Positions 41,020-54,881 of a stretch of 64,000 nt of DNA are shown piece by piece (positions within the stretch are counted from its first letter, which is position 1; every line of letters begins with the position of its first letter). A program made the translations under genes and the position numbers. The stretch comes from Octopus vulgaris (Eukaryota). The stretch is taken from NCBI GenBank assembly GCA_951406725.2, contig OX597840.1, forward strand, positions 36,084,001 through 36,148,000, in the 5' to 3' direction. The notes under the pieces were generated by a model that saw only the letters and a list, made by a program, of their open reading frames with translations, was not told where the DNA came from and searched no databases.

Positions 41020-41712
41020 GGTGCAATAAATTGAACTTATTTTGATTTAGTATTTAGTGATCTCAAAAGTGGATATCTTACAAATGGTCAAAGTGTTTGT
41101 TGTAGTTGTAAGTGTCGCACACACACAAACAAATAGAAACACTCAGTCGCTCACACACTCGCGCACACAGAAATAAAAACACTCTCACACACAAACACTG
41201 AAATGAAAATACCCACACTCACATAAATAAAAACAGTCCCACACACACAAGGAGCCCCAATAGGTATATCAAAAAAGTTTCTAGTATTTTTCCTAGCCCA
41301 TAATTTATGATAATTGAAATTCTTACAATGAATAAATACCTACTAAATCAGTATATCGAACATTACGTCCCCGTAACTTATCGGTTCTGCAAAAGAGACC
41401 TATACATTAAGTAATAGGCATACAAAGAATAATTCCTGGGGTTGATTTGCTTCACTAAAGGCAGTGCTCCACAATGGTCACAGTGAAATAACTGAAACAG
41501 TCTAAGGGAGATAACTACAAAGTATCTTCTACAGTTACTTCCCTTGAATATTATAATTTAACAATAAAAAAATATGAAGGGAGATTAACTCGCGGAAGGG
41601 AGATAACTACATAACATCTTCCAGAGTTACTTTCCTTACATACAATTATATTACTTTTAATAAATTATAATGAGCAAGAGGAAGTAACTTTCGAATATAT
41701 TATTCAGACATG

Positions 41713-41770
<58 letters not shown>

Positions 41771-42823
41771 TCTATATACCACGGGCTACTTTCTGTTTCA
41801 GTGTACCAAATCTACTCAGAAACGTTGGTCTGTCCGAGGCTATATTGGAAGACACTTGCCCATGGGGCCACATAGTTGGACAGAACCAGAAACACCGTGT
41901 TTGGAAAGCAAGCTACATAGCCACTCTTACTGCTACATATATATATATATATATATATACATACGACAGTCTTCTTTTAGTTTCCGTCTCCCAAATCCAC
42001 TCACAAGGCTTTGATCGTCCCGAGACTATAGTAGAAGACATTTGCCCAACATGCCACCCAGTGGGACTGAACTCGGAAACATTTGTTAGGTAAGCAAGCT
42101 AATTCCCATTCAGACACTACTGTTTGGTAACCGGACAAGTTCAAGGCGAGAATTAATTGTTTGTATGCAAATGAGTTCATTAATGTGGTCCGGAACTTTC
42201 ATGGCTGGTTCTTATGAGACAATGCAACCAGCTTGGGTATAGGTGGACTGTGCTCACACACGCACAAACTCTCACACGTCCACACCCACGAATATAGATA
42301 CATGCAAAGACGCAATCTCGTACCTATTTATGTTTTAAATATGTTGACCTTAAAACTGAGACATTCTGGAAACACACGTCCGCACCCAGGCACAAAGATA
42401 CATCCATATACGCAAACTCGTAGCTATTTATGTTTTAAACATGTTGACCTTTAAACCGTGACATTCTGTGTCTGTTTGTGCTCGCATTTCAGCGAGAATG
42501 ATTGCTCACGAACCGCAATGTGCTGAGTTCAAACCAACAGCGTTGCACCTTTGGCAAGTGTATTCGACTATAGCCTAGGGCCGACCAATGTTTTCTGAGT
42601 GGAGTTTGTAGAGGGAAACTGAAATAGCCGTCGTATACATGAATATCGACGTATGAATGGCTATGTTGTAAGTAGTTTGCTTACGAACCACATGGTTTCG
42701 GGTTCATTCCGACTGCCTGTCATCTTCTGCAATTGTCTACTATTGTAGCCCAGGGCCTAGCTAATCCTTGTGATGGGATTTAGTGGAACAAAACTGACAG
42801 AATCTCGTCGTACATATATTTAA

Positions 42824-42860
<37 letters not shown>

Positions 42861-43024
42861 TTTGCACTCGAAGGGCACACGAGAATGCACGCACGCACGT
42901 ACTATCACACATACAGATGCAAGTTTTCTTAATAAAACGGAAAGAACTCCCATTCCATCCCTTACAGTTTCTTTTTTGTTTTAGATACTACATATACGCG
43001 TGTTGGTATATTCACGTATATCTG

Positions 43025-43066
<42 letters not shown>

Positions 43067-43987
43067 TATAAATATATATAAATATATATAAATATATATA
43101 TATACATATATATATATATACGACGCAATATACGACATATAAATACACAAACACATACATGTGTGTGTGTGTGTGTGTATATATATAAATGTGCAATAAA
43201 TTGAACTTATTTTGATTTAGTATTTAGTGATCTCAAATGTGGGTATCTTACAAATGGTCAAAGTGTTTGTTGTAGTTGTAAGTGTCGCACACACACAAAC
43301 AAATAGAAACACTCAGTCGCTCACACACTCGCGCATGCAGAAATAAAAACACTCTCACACACAAACACTGAAATTAAAATACCCACACTCACATAAATAA
43401 AAACAGTCCCACACACACAAGGAGCCCCAATAGGTATATCAAAAAAGTTTCTAGTATTTTTCCTAGCCCATAATTTATGATAATTGAAGTTCTTACAATA
43501 AATAAATACCTACTAAATCAGTATATCGAACATTACGTCCCCGTAACTTTTCGGTTCTGCAAAAGAGACCTATGCATTAAGTAATAGGCATACAAAGAAT
43601 AATTCCTGGGGTTGATTTGCTTCACTAAAGGCGGTGCTCCACCATGGTCACAGTGAAATAACTGAAATAGTCTAAGAGCGACAAAGTGTATATTACGATA
43701 ACTACATACTTAAGGGAGATAACTACAAAGTATCTTCTACAGTTACTTCTCTTGAATATTATAATTTAACAATAAAAAAATATGAAGGGAAATTAACTCT
43801 CGGAAGGGAGATAACTAGATAACATCTTCCAGAGTTACTTTCCTTACATATAATTATATTACTTTTAATAAATTATAATGAGCAAGATAACTGCTCTCTC
43901 TAGTGAGTCGGATGTCCCATTATGGCCATCCCATATATGTTTAAATATCTATATGTATATACATATATCTATCAATATATACCTATG

Positions 43988-44018
<31 letters not shown>

Positions 44019-44019
44019 G

Positions 44020-44072
<53 letters not shown>

Positions 44073-44140
44073 TTTATTTTAAGCAGCAGAAAATTCAGTA
44101 CTCTTTTTTCCACCTTGTTTCACATTTATGTGTTTACTCC

Positions 44141-44188
<48 letters not shown>

Positions 44189-44925
44189 ATCTATATACCA
44201 CGGGCTACTTTCTGTTTCGGTGTACAAAATCTACTCAGAAACGTTGGTCTGTCTGAGGCTATATTGGAAGACACTTGCCCATGGGGCCACGCAGTTGGAC
44301 TGAACCAGAAACACCGTGTTTGGAAAGCAAGCTACATAGCCACTCTTACTGCTACATATATATATATATACATATACATACGACAGTCTTTTTTTAGTTT
44401 CCGTCTCCCAAATCCACTCACAAGGCTTTGGTCGTCCCGAGACTATAGTAGAAGACATTTGCCCAACATGCCACCCAGTGGGACTGAACTCGGAAACATT
44501 TGTTAGGTAAGCAAGCTAATTCCCATTCAGACACTACTGTTTGTTAACCGGACAAGTTCAAGTCGAACCCTAATTGTTTGTATGCAAATGCGTTCATTAA
44601 TGTGGTCCGGAACTTTCACGGCTGTTTCTTATGAGACGATGCAACCAGCTTGGGTATAGGTGGACTGTGCTCACACACGCACAAACACTCACACGTCCAC
44701 ACCCACGAATATAGATACATGCAAAGACGCAATCTCGTACCTATTTATGTTTTAAATATGTTGACTTTAAAACTGAGACATTCTGAAAACACGTCCGCAC
44801 TCATGCACATAGATACATGCATATACACAAACTCGTAGCTATTTATGTTTTAAACATGTTGACCTTTAAACCATGACATTCTGTGTCTGTTTGTGCACGC
44901 ATTTCTGTGAGAATGATTGATCACG
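41020..44925 (+). repeat. Tandem segmental duplication (about 41020-42510 versus 43190-44925) containing old SINE heads and 105-bp-repeat derivatives
   Basis: Colinear near-identical sequence. Confidence 0.9.
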
Positions 44926-45025
44926 AACGGTAAATTTTGGAGTCAATCCGACGGGATGTAGTGGTCTTTAAACCGTTCCAGACAAACAAACAAACAAACT
45001 TTTCGCATTTCAGTTTTATAAATAG

Positions 45026-45026
<1 letters not shown>
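44925..45026 (-). mobile_element. 5' end of a Helitron-like element
   Basis: Reverse strand A|TCTATTTATAAAACTG followed by (GTTT)n. Confidence 0.5.
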
Positions 45027-45063
<37 letters not shown>

Positions 45064-45068
45064 TGCTA

Positions 45069-45260
45069 GGCGTAGGAGCGGCTTTGTGATAAGTAGCTTG
45101 CTTACGAACCACTGTGTTCTGGGTTCAGTCCCACTGCGTGGAACCTTGGACAAGTGTCTTCAACTATAGCCTCGGGGTGACCAAAGCCTTGTGAATAGAT
45201 TTCGTAGACGGAAACTAAATGAAGCCCATCGTGTGTGTATACATATATATATATATATAT

Positions 45261-45293
<33 letters not shown>

Positions 45294-45510
45294 CATACAT
45301 AATATATATATATATATATACATATACGTTTGTATGCCTCTTTATCCATCGAACAGTGCTTGACAAACGATGCTGCTGTTTTCACGCACCCGTAACTGAA
45401 CGGTTCGGCAAAAGAGAATAGGTCCTGGGCTCTATTTCTTTGACTGAAGGCGGTGCTCCAACATGGCCGCAGTCAAATAACTGAAAGTAGCAAAAGTGAG
45501 TGAAAGAGTA
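45069..45510 (+). mobile_element. Diverged SINE family A
   Basis: Head, core, (TA)n and tail. Confidence 0.85.
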
Positions 45511-45604
45511 ATTAGCGAAAACAGTGTATATTCTGTTGTGTCTGGGGATAGTCTTTCTCTTTTAGTGCCTTATTATTAAATACACACTCACCAGTAAAAA
45601 TTCA

Positions 45605-46040
45605 AGGAGTGATATTAGTAGAGGCCAGAGCCCATGGAGAACTAGCCCGTAGATTTAGAAAAGCTCTGAAAGAGACCAAACTCAACATTAAAATTGTTGA
45701 AAAGCCAAGGAACTCCGTCAGGTCACAATTATGAAGGACATGCCCGTTTAAGAATACCATATGCACAATTGATAACTGCATGGCATGTAGAATTAGCCCT
45801 GGTATTAACTGTAGAACTCGAAATGTAGTTTACAATATAAGATGCATAGAAGGTGCTTGTAAGGACATGAACATGATGTACATAGAAGAGACGTCTAAGA
45901 GCATTGCGGAACGGATAAATGAACATTTAAGACAACTTGACGACAGAAAACAGTCTTCTATACTCTACCAACATGCCAAAGACCACCATGGAGATAACTT
46001 GGATCAACCTGACATCCGCATCTTATCCAAGCACCCAGCC
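45605..46040 (+). mobile_element. Penelope-like element GIY-YIG endonuclease fragment
   Basis: C-rich linker, then NVVYNIRC...YIEETSKSIAERINEH...SILYQHAKDHH. Confidence 0.85.
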
Positions 46041-46924
46041 CCCATCCCTGCTTTTCAATGCTAAACCCGATATAAAACAGTCATCAACACTATAAATAAA
46101 CCTGTTCAATCTCTACTCTCCTCATCACCCCAAATCCCAACCTCTAGTTCAAACTTTGATCTCTTACTTGACTATTCTCTCTAAAAACCCTTCACAAATC
46201 CTCAAGCTGACCCTAATATAGACTAAACTCTGAAAACCAATCCTAACAGTAAACCCACACCAAAATAAGAAAGACCACTTACCTTTGGCCATTTGGGATC
46301 TATAATACAAGGCATGATATGCAAACAACAAGCAAAATATCAACCAACATTTGAAAGTCAAGTTTTATCTGTGTCGAATCATGATATACACTTGTTTAAT
46401 AAATACAGTTGTCCTTACATTTACACAGTACATTGCTTCCACAAGTCATCAAACTAATCATTCTGATGCGAAATCAATTGTTTTTATTTATAAATAGAAA
46501 CAAATTAATTATTGAAATTAATATAAGAAATACAATTAACGTGTATGTGTGTCATCATCATTTAACATTCGTTTTTCATGTTGTCATGGGTTGGACTATT
46601 TCACACTATCTGAGATGAATTACTACACGTACATCTAATGTCTGTTTTCACATGGTTTCTATGTCTGAGAAAAGTTTTGGTAACACTGACACTAGTAAAA
46701 TTAAAAAGTAAATTTCAAGGATGAGTGGACTGCTAGTAGTGAGAGAGGTGGCTTCATCCTAACCTGTAGTATGATAGAGAGACAGGCAGAGGTGTGTCGC
46801 TGTAGAGAAAGTACATGGCTACCCTGCATATATGTATGTATATAGGTAGACATCGATTAGAGCGCTTTCTCATTGCTAATATGTTAACATATGCCTGATG
46901 TGTGCTTTAAAAATAAAGTGCTTG

Positions 46925-49900
46925 CACTGGCACTAATTTCTTCAGATGATGAAAATCACGGAGAGGATCATAGCCCAACTTATTAGGAAAAGACTTAATC
47001 TAGATGAGATGCAATTTGGTTTTGTATCAGGAAGAAACACCAGTCATGATATATTTCTGGTAAGAAACCCCAGGAGAAGTACCTAACCAAGTATAAACCT
47101 ATGTACTTGACTTTTGTTGGTATCATAATCATTCAGGTAATAACAGATAAATATAAAACAGGCAGACCCTAGCAACTCCTCTATGCTGATTACAGGATTA
47201 CAACTAAACACACATATATTACAATTTATTACATTACATTCAATTCGCCATATATTATTCATTTTATTATCCATCATCTTTCCCTTCACATTTCAGGTAT
47301 ACTGAAGACCCTTTACTCATTGCTTCAGACTGCATAAAATATTGGTGAAAGCAAACAGTTGTCAGACTTATTTATGACAAAAAGCGAGTCAGTATGACCA
47401 ACGTACCCTGTCCTGCACCTGATTGTGCCATGAGTTGGCCTGTAAACAATCCATGGGAGAGAGTACTGACAAGCCTCATCGATCATCTGCAACAATGACA
47501 CAGAATGTATGCACCTGCCACCTACAACAAATACAACCCCCTCCTCCAACTACACTACCATTCCCAGCCACTGAGGAAAAACGTTGTCGCCTGAGGAAGT
47601 AGCTGCTACAATACTACAGCTCCAGCACATTCAACGTCTGCAACCATCGGCAATTCTCCAAGATGTCTGACCAACCGATCCGCTTAATGCTAAACCAGTC
47701 GCCCACCATACGCCCATACCAGTCCTGGTTCATTGGCAAGAGGAAGTAAAAGCAGGTCTCGACCGGAATGTTCCACTTGGAGTTATCAAGCCTATTCCCA
47801 TTGGTACATCTGTCAATTGGTGACAGACAATGGTGGTATGTCCTAACAGGTCTGGAAAACCATCTTAAAGGAGCATCGAATGGCGCACAGGCACTTAACA
47901 CTGCCCTATCAGCTATGAGCTGACATTGTACCTTCTTCCACAATTGGGGAGAATCACCGCCATTGCATTTCCCCATGACAACTGCCGCGCCAAAGTCGGT
48001 ATTGAGACAATAAAGGGCCTCGTTACAGACAACACTGACACCAATGGCTTCCTTAACACTGACAGTTTCCAGTGCACAATGCTACAATAAAGAAATACAC
48101 CTGACTGGGACACACACTTGTCCCCAGCCATGTGCATCTTTGGCAGCCCTATACAATACTTTATTCCCATCCATCCCGGCAAGTACAAGCTACATTCCAC
48201 ATGGCATGAAACTATGACTTATTGAAAAGAAGACCTGCGTAAACACAACATGAGTGCTACTGAACGGTTGTCAAAACACACATGCTCACTTCTTTCGAAC
48301 TATGTCCTAATCCAGAGCCAAGTTTGACCCAATCCTACAAATGGGGGGAAAACTGGTGCCATTTAGATGTACGTCATTTCGATCTGTACATGTTGAGAGT
48401 GGATGGATCAGGCCAAGTCACACTGTGCAACAAAATTCCTCTGGAAGTATCTACTGCTTCTTCCCCATGGCCCACTGCTCATGGTGTCTGGACCACATGC
48501 GTTCCCTACGCCAACACCAGTGATGAGACTACCTTCTCAACCGACTTTAACAGCACCTCATGCAGCTGCAACACCAATGCCCACTTCCCGATTCCAAAAT
48601 TACCATGACCAGAAAAGCATCTCACCGCCTACCCACAGAGCCACGCCAACTTACCCCACCTTTACCACAAGTGGTCATACCCCAACACCCCTTGAAACCC
48701 CTGCTTTCCAAAAGTGACCCTTGCCTGATGCAGTTTATCCTCCATCCAGCAATTGTCCTGTTTGTCGCTCTGCCAGACTCGCAAAGACTGACACAAAAGC
48801 CTGATGCACAACTGACACGTTGCTCCTTGATCGTCACACCGTCAATATTGATTAAGGGTCTCTTGCACTAATTATTATTTTCGTTAATCATTTAATACAT
48901 ATTATTAGTCTTCTTTGCTTCTCTCAAAGGAATTGGGGAGGGCATAGAGGATGACAACTGAACACTCATATATTATCATTTATTACATTACATTCAATTA
49001 GCCATACATTATTAGTTTCATTATCCAAATATTTTCCTTCACGTTTCATGTATACCGAGGACCTTCTTTTTCATTGCTTCAATCAGTGTACATAAAGTGT
49101 TTGTGAAAGCAAAGAGTTTTCACACTTATTTACTAATGAGCTTCTTCTTATAGCTAAATCACTACCAGAACTAGAGAACAAATTGTGCGTACGGAAGCAA
49201 GGTCTAGAATTGAAAGGTCACAGAATTAACCTACCCAACCCTAACACAAAGTCTTAGTAAGTAGGAAAACAGATAAATCGTAAAGCCCTTCAGGTACATG
49301 GCCATCCTCAATATGAAGGAAACAGGTAGGTAGATGTACTCTGTATAACACATAATAGGTGTAGCAATATCAGAGGAAGGTAAACTGGGAAAATATTTTT
49401 TGCATGTGGAAGGTGCACATGTACAGTAAACACTAAAAGTGTACAGAAAATGGGCTTCATCAAATACCAGAGGAGTACGATAAAGATTGTTGAGCAACAA
49501 AGTCAGTAGCAGAGGTGGATGAACCAAGAGTGAGGCTGCAAGAATAAAAATAGGCTGAGCAAATTCAGAGAGCTCCTTCCTCTGTTTAGTAACTAAGGGT
49601 CTCTCCTTCAGAGTGAAAGCCAGATTTATTATACCTGTGCAGACAACTATGCTACATGGCAGAAGAAGTAGACATAAGAAGGCATTGGACAAGGTGGTAA
49701 TGCATGATCTTTGACTGTTGGAACTTATAAAGGCAATGACTAATGACTGACACCTTTCATGACATGCCGTGCCTTAGAAGACAATATATTGTAATTAATT
49801 TCCCATCAATTAATTTTTTCACAACCCCTGCCCACAACACTCATGGAGTGCTTGATGTTAAGAAGGGCATCCAGCCATAGAAACAATGACAAATCAAGAC

Positions 49901-49997
49901 TGGAGTCTGCTGCAGACCCTCAGCTTACAGCCCTGATGAAACTGTCCAACCCAAGCCAGCATAGAAAATGGACATTAAATGATGATGATGATGATGA
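46925..49997 (+). mobile_element. Decayed RTE-clade LINE interrupted by an LTR element
   Basis: MKITERIIAQLIRKRLNLDEMQFGFVSGR...LLYAD | resumes LIAKSLPELENKL at about 49138; (GAT)n tail at 49980-49997. Confidence 0.8.
47191..49132 (+). mobile_element. Internally deleted Gypsy LTR retrotransposon (LTRs 47191-47374 and 48945-49132)
   Basis: ~185-bp direct repeats, PPT aaaggaattggggaggg, TSD ctgat/ctaat, pol remnants SSTFNVC and [11 protein letters not shown]...RNTPD...LSPAMCIFG. Confidence 0.85.
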
Positions 49998-50849
49998 GGA
50001 CAATTCTTTTTGTAAAACTTTTGCATTTGATGCTGAACATCTAGTTTAAAGTTAATTTTATACATTGAATTTTCATTTCCAGTGAAATCAATTTTAATAT
50101 TTCAAATTCAAAAATATTTAACAAAATATAATGAGAAACTGAAGCAAGTACTACTTCTATATTTGTAAAAACAAAAAGAAACAAATAGAGGAAAATGAGC
50201 AAAATTGTGCAAAAGTGAACTAAGAAACAGAATACTGTGTAAGGCAAGAGACAACTGTATTTTATGAAAGTACCATATTGCATAAACACAAAAAAAAGAA
50301 ACTATTGCAGAGGGAATTAAACTGAAACAGATATCAACATGACACACACAACCCATGCTAGTATGGATAAAATGATTAGATATTTCTGTCGAGAGAAAAT
50401 TCAGTGACAATCTTATGCAACCAACAATAACCTCAAACTTATCAGATTATTGTAGATGAGCAACAACTCAAGAAAACCTGTCAAAATTCTATGTTCTTAC
50501 AATGAATTAATTGCAAGTATTTAAGTATGTAGACAACATAATTTCATGTTTTATATGCATCAATACATGTGTAAAAATAAGTCTCATACCTACGTTCATT
50601 TTTCCATCCTAGCATGAGTTTGAAAAATATAAGATTTAATAGTTGGGTAACGTTGTCGTAGCTAATGCTAATTTTCTACTAAAGGTTTTCTTTTTCTTTC
50701 AAAGTGCAGTTGTAACAAATGATACATTTGTACACAAACATGACAAAAGTAAATAGATACCCATTAACACATTGTTATTATAACTTGAAGAGGTTTATAT
50801 TTTTTTTATTAATTGACATTTATATGTTTCAGGTTCTATATGTAACTGT

Positions 50850-51937
50850 TTAATCATGCCATGTACAAAAGAAGCCTTAAAAATGTCCAATTTACAAAGA
50901 GGCCATATGCTGCACCTATTTCAAGGCTGACTTAGCCTAAAACCACAGAAAACATTGTGATTCTACTTTCTACAGTAAATAGAGTAATTTTTCAATTCAC
51001 TAAACGGGAAAGTAGTCCATATCACCTTACCCAGGTAGACTAAGGCCCTCTGACAACACTTTGCTTTCTTAAGAGAAGTGTGTAAGATAATCCTCATTGC
51101 AAGGCCTCCAATATAGCAGAATAAGTTGATGTCAGTCCCAGAATAGCTGTCAGTTATCTCCGCAAAATTGGCTATTATGGCAGAGCAGCAAGAAAGAAGA
51201 CACTGCTTCGACCAGCCAATATCAAATGGAGAAAAGATTGGACAAGTGAAATGGTAGAGAGGTCACTAGCACTTTGGGACACAGTCAAATCCTCTGATGA
51301 ATCCAGATTTGCTGTATTTTCTGACACTGATCGAATGTGGGTCTGGAGAATCAGTCACCAATATTTTCACGTGAATATATTGCAGCCAACAATGAAACAT
51401 GTGATGGTCTAGAGAGCAGTTTGGAGCAATAGTCAATCAGAAATGGTGGAATGTGAGGGATACATAAACTCAGATAAATATGTGTCCATATTATAGAAAA
51501 ATCTTCTTCCTATAACCTCCAGGAGTAAAATGATTAAATAACACTATTTATGGAAGATAGGGCTTTCTTGCACAACTAAAAGACCCAGGATTGGTTGGAA
51601 GAGAATGGCATTAAAAAGCTTCCATAGCTAAGCCAATCACCAGATATGAACCCTACTGAACACATCTGAGGCATGATGGATGGGATACTTCCTAAAAAAG
51701 AAAAAGAAAGCATCCTTAAAGCCAGATCTTTTGATATTACTGCAAGAAACTTGGCAAGAAAATCATGAAGAGAATATTCATCAGATCAGTAGCATGCCTG
51801 CTAGGGTCCTTGCATTCAAAAATGCAAGGAGCCTGTCTACTAAATATTAGATATTCACATTATAATAATTAATAAATAATTTAAATAAATTTTAACAATT
51901 ATAAGGATGTCTATTTAATTCTGTCATGTCTATGTAG
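50850..51937 (+). pseudogene. Decayed Tc1 transposase
   Basis: WDTVKSSDESRF...RMWVWR; DWLEENGIKKLP*LSQSPDMNPTEHI. Confidence 0.85.
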
Positions 51938-52489
51938 TTTTTGAAGCAAAACACAATGGAAACATTAATATTAAGACCTTTTCAAAAATCTCTCTCAAGC
52001 TTTTCATGCACACTAAGATTTTATTGACATTCATTCAAATTCACTCATTCCAACATGAAACAATTTTTTCCATCAAAAACATAGTGATGTTTTCACTGTC
52101 TCTAATTTGATCTAGATCCTCTAAGTGTCTCTAATGCATTCATGCCTTAATTTCAATTTGTTCCCTAGATTTTTCCTCAGGGCCAACTCACCAAACAGAA
52201 ATTAATGAGACCTAATTGCCTTTCATCTTGATCACATAAATACTCCCACATATTTGGTGCTCAAATACAGCATGCTCCACACTAGGAGATTGACAGTTAC
52301 CCAGTATATGCAAAAAATCGAACACATTTGCAGTACTAAACAAGCCATTACTATTGCATTTTCTGGCTTCATGTTTCCCAATTATATCCCAATTTTTTTT
52401 ATCTCTGAAATCACCAAGTATGAAGATTTTATAAGCAGAAAGAATACTGCACAGAAGCTTTTTTCATGAAAGATAAAATATTAGTCCTT

Positions 52490-52600
52490 TTTTTCTCTTC
52501 AGAGGAACACATGGTTGGAGGGTAGACACTTACTAAGGTAACAAATCTCTTGTTTGACAATGGCAATCTCACTGACATCAAGGTAATCAGTAAATCCAAA
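52490..52600 (-). mobile_element. RTE APE endonuclease fragment
   Basis: LMSVRLPLSNKRFVTLVSVYPPTMCSSEE. Confidence 0.7.
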
Positions 52601-53122
52601 GAGTTCATAATCTTAGATGCCAATATTTCACAAACATTCAATGGTCTGTACTCTCTTGCAGTAGCAAGATGACACATAGGCCCAGGCAGCAATACTGTGG
52701 GACACCTTCCAAGCCAGACCTTTCACTATCCATTCCACATCCCTTCTTGACATTACTCTAAATTATTTTGATTTTTCAATGAGTATTTTGCACTTTTTGT
52801 CAACAGTTACCTATAACATGCATCACATAATTGATATGGTGTATAACACACATGCAATAAGCTTCATATAGTTCCCATCAACCACTTTCACTAAAAATGC
52901 ATTTGTTGGTCCCTACCTATAGTCGAAGACTCTTGCCCAAAATGCCACACAGTAGAACTAGACCCTAAACCATGGCATTGGGAAACAAACATATTTTAAA
53001 TTTGCAAACATATATGTCTTATGGAAATTGTTCAATATACACAGAGAAACAGTTGTTCAATTTACAAACAGCTATGGTTAACTAACAGAAAACTTAATTT
53101 AACAAAAAAATTATGTACTTAC

Positions 53123-53163
53123 ATATAGGTGAAGCTTCGCATGGGCTACTTGCTTGGTAAAAT
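53123..53163 (-). other. Candidate 41-nt internal exon
   Basis: ttttctttatacatgtAG| acceptor and |GTAAGT donor; in frame with the candidate first exon. Confidence 0.4.
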
Positions 53164-54574
53164 CTACATGTATAAAGAAAAGTCTACATGTATAAACTGT
53201 TGTGGTGAGAGTCATTGGCACCCCTATGGGATTGGAAGAATGGACTAGCAAAACTCTTATAAAAAAATTAGCATATTGGTTGAGACAAAGAGAGTCATTG
53301 GGAGTTCATGGAAGTTGTTGACATTGTTCAGAGTTTATATTTATTAGAAGTATTGTGTTTAGTAGAGTAATCTGAAGTGGGTTGTGTGAAGACAGTTGTG
53401 TCTATCCCCGCTTCGTGAAATTTGCATATCCAACATATAGAAGGATATAAAATAAACAAAAGTTCGCATGTAAACAAATAAGTGTAATCATTCATTTTTT
53501 AACTCTGAAAGTAAAAATGAAAAACTTCCTAATAGTAGCGAAAGGAAAATTTTGGCTTTAATATCAGTTCAATACTCTTTATTTGAAGTGACAAGCAGCC
53601 AAGTATTATGCAAATGGAAACTTTTACATGTCTCATGTTACATGCATATATATGCATGCTTGCACCCAGTTTCTGTGCACATCTATAGACTTAACTTTTT
53701 TTTTCCTTTGCATGCAACTCTTTTCTCATGAGAAGAATATCTCCTCCTCATTTTATAACTCTCCCGTCTTTTTCTTACCATATCACCATCGTCACATCAA
53801 CAGAGACATTAAGGCTGCACAATAGCAGTCGACAAGGCATGTATAACGATTAAATAAAAAAAAATGTGTCTATATCTTCGATCAATGTCATTATTCCATT
53901 GAGTCAACCTCATTGTTTTCTACATAGCAGACCGTTACATAAACAGGCAAAGGTAATCTCTCGTTTTAACTCGAAATAATGTAAACACTGAATCGGCCAT
54001 ACATACATACACACACACACACATAGATAGATACATACACACACACACACACATACATGCATACATACATATACACATACACCGAGTAAAAAATTTCAGT
54101 TATCTCTCTCTGTCTCTTCACACACACTAACAGAAGCACTTCACTTACACAACATACTTTCTGTCTCGCACACCCCATCAAACACACACACACACACACA
54201 CATGTACATCAAAGCTTCCCATTCGCGGTAACTTCAAAAAGAAATTCCCTCCTCATACAATCGCTTCCTCTTAGTCTCTTTCGCTCTCATTACTTCAAAA
54301 GTTCCCGCAAACCCATATGTAAAAAAAAATAAAAGTTTTTTACGAAATCGACGGAAAGGTCTACTAGAAACGAAAGATAATCTTTCGTTTTAACCAACAT
54401 CTTAATTATGAACCTCAACTCCAAACTTTTATACATTTTGCCACTAAATAAAATGAAAACCGAGCGGCCTTCCGTCACAACAGACTTCCTTCAGCTTTTC
54501 TCTTTACATCGTCACCAACTACTCTCACTTATTTTTTCTAGATATTAACAATAACAATAATAATAATTTCTTAC

Positions 54575-54660
54575 CTACTTCTTTCATAATTGTTAGCTGC
54601 AGGAAAAACATTCAAAGACGAAAATTCAATAAAAAAACAGAGACCGTCGCCATTGAAAAG
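54575..54660 (-). other. Candidate first exon of an unidentified transcript
   Basis: AG|GTAAG donor at 54575/54574; ATG at 54587; next to promoter motifs. Confidence 0.45.
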
Positions 54661-54720
54661 CATACGACAACAATCCCACAATGCTTTGCGAAAAGTCAGA
54701 CACCAGTTTTTAGCCGCCAT
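54645..54720. promoter_or_regulatory. Candidate housekeeping-type promoter: ZNF143/Staf-THAP11-like site plus two YY1-like sites
   Basis: gacaacaatcccacaatgctttgcg (54666-54690) resembles ACTACAnnTCCCAnAATGC; cgccat at 54648-54653 and 54715-54720. Confidence 0.5.
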
Positions 54721-54881
54721 AGTTTCGTATTTGCTTGGTTCATAAATTGTAAAATAGATACATTTACAGCTTATTTTCTTCTGTTTTTTTTTTGCGGAAC
54801 ACGTACAAAAATACGGAGTTTATGATTCATGTGTGAGTGTGTGTTCTTGATAATCGTTTAGAACAAGTATTCTATAAGCAC

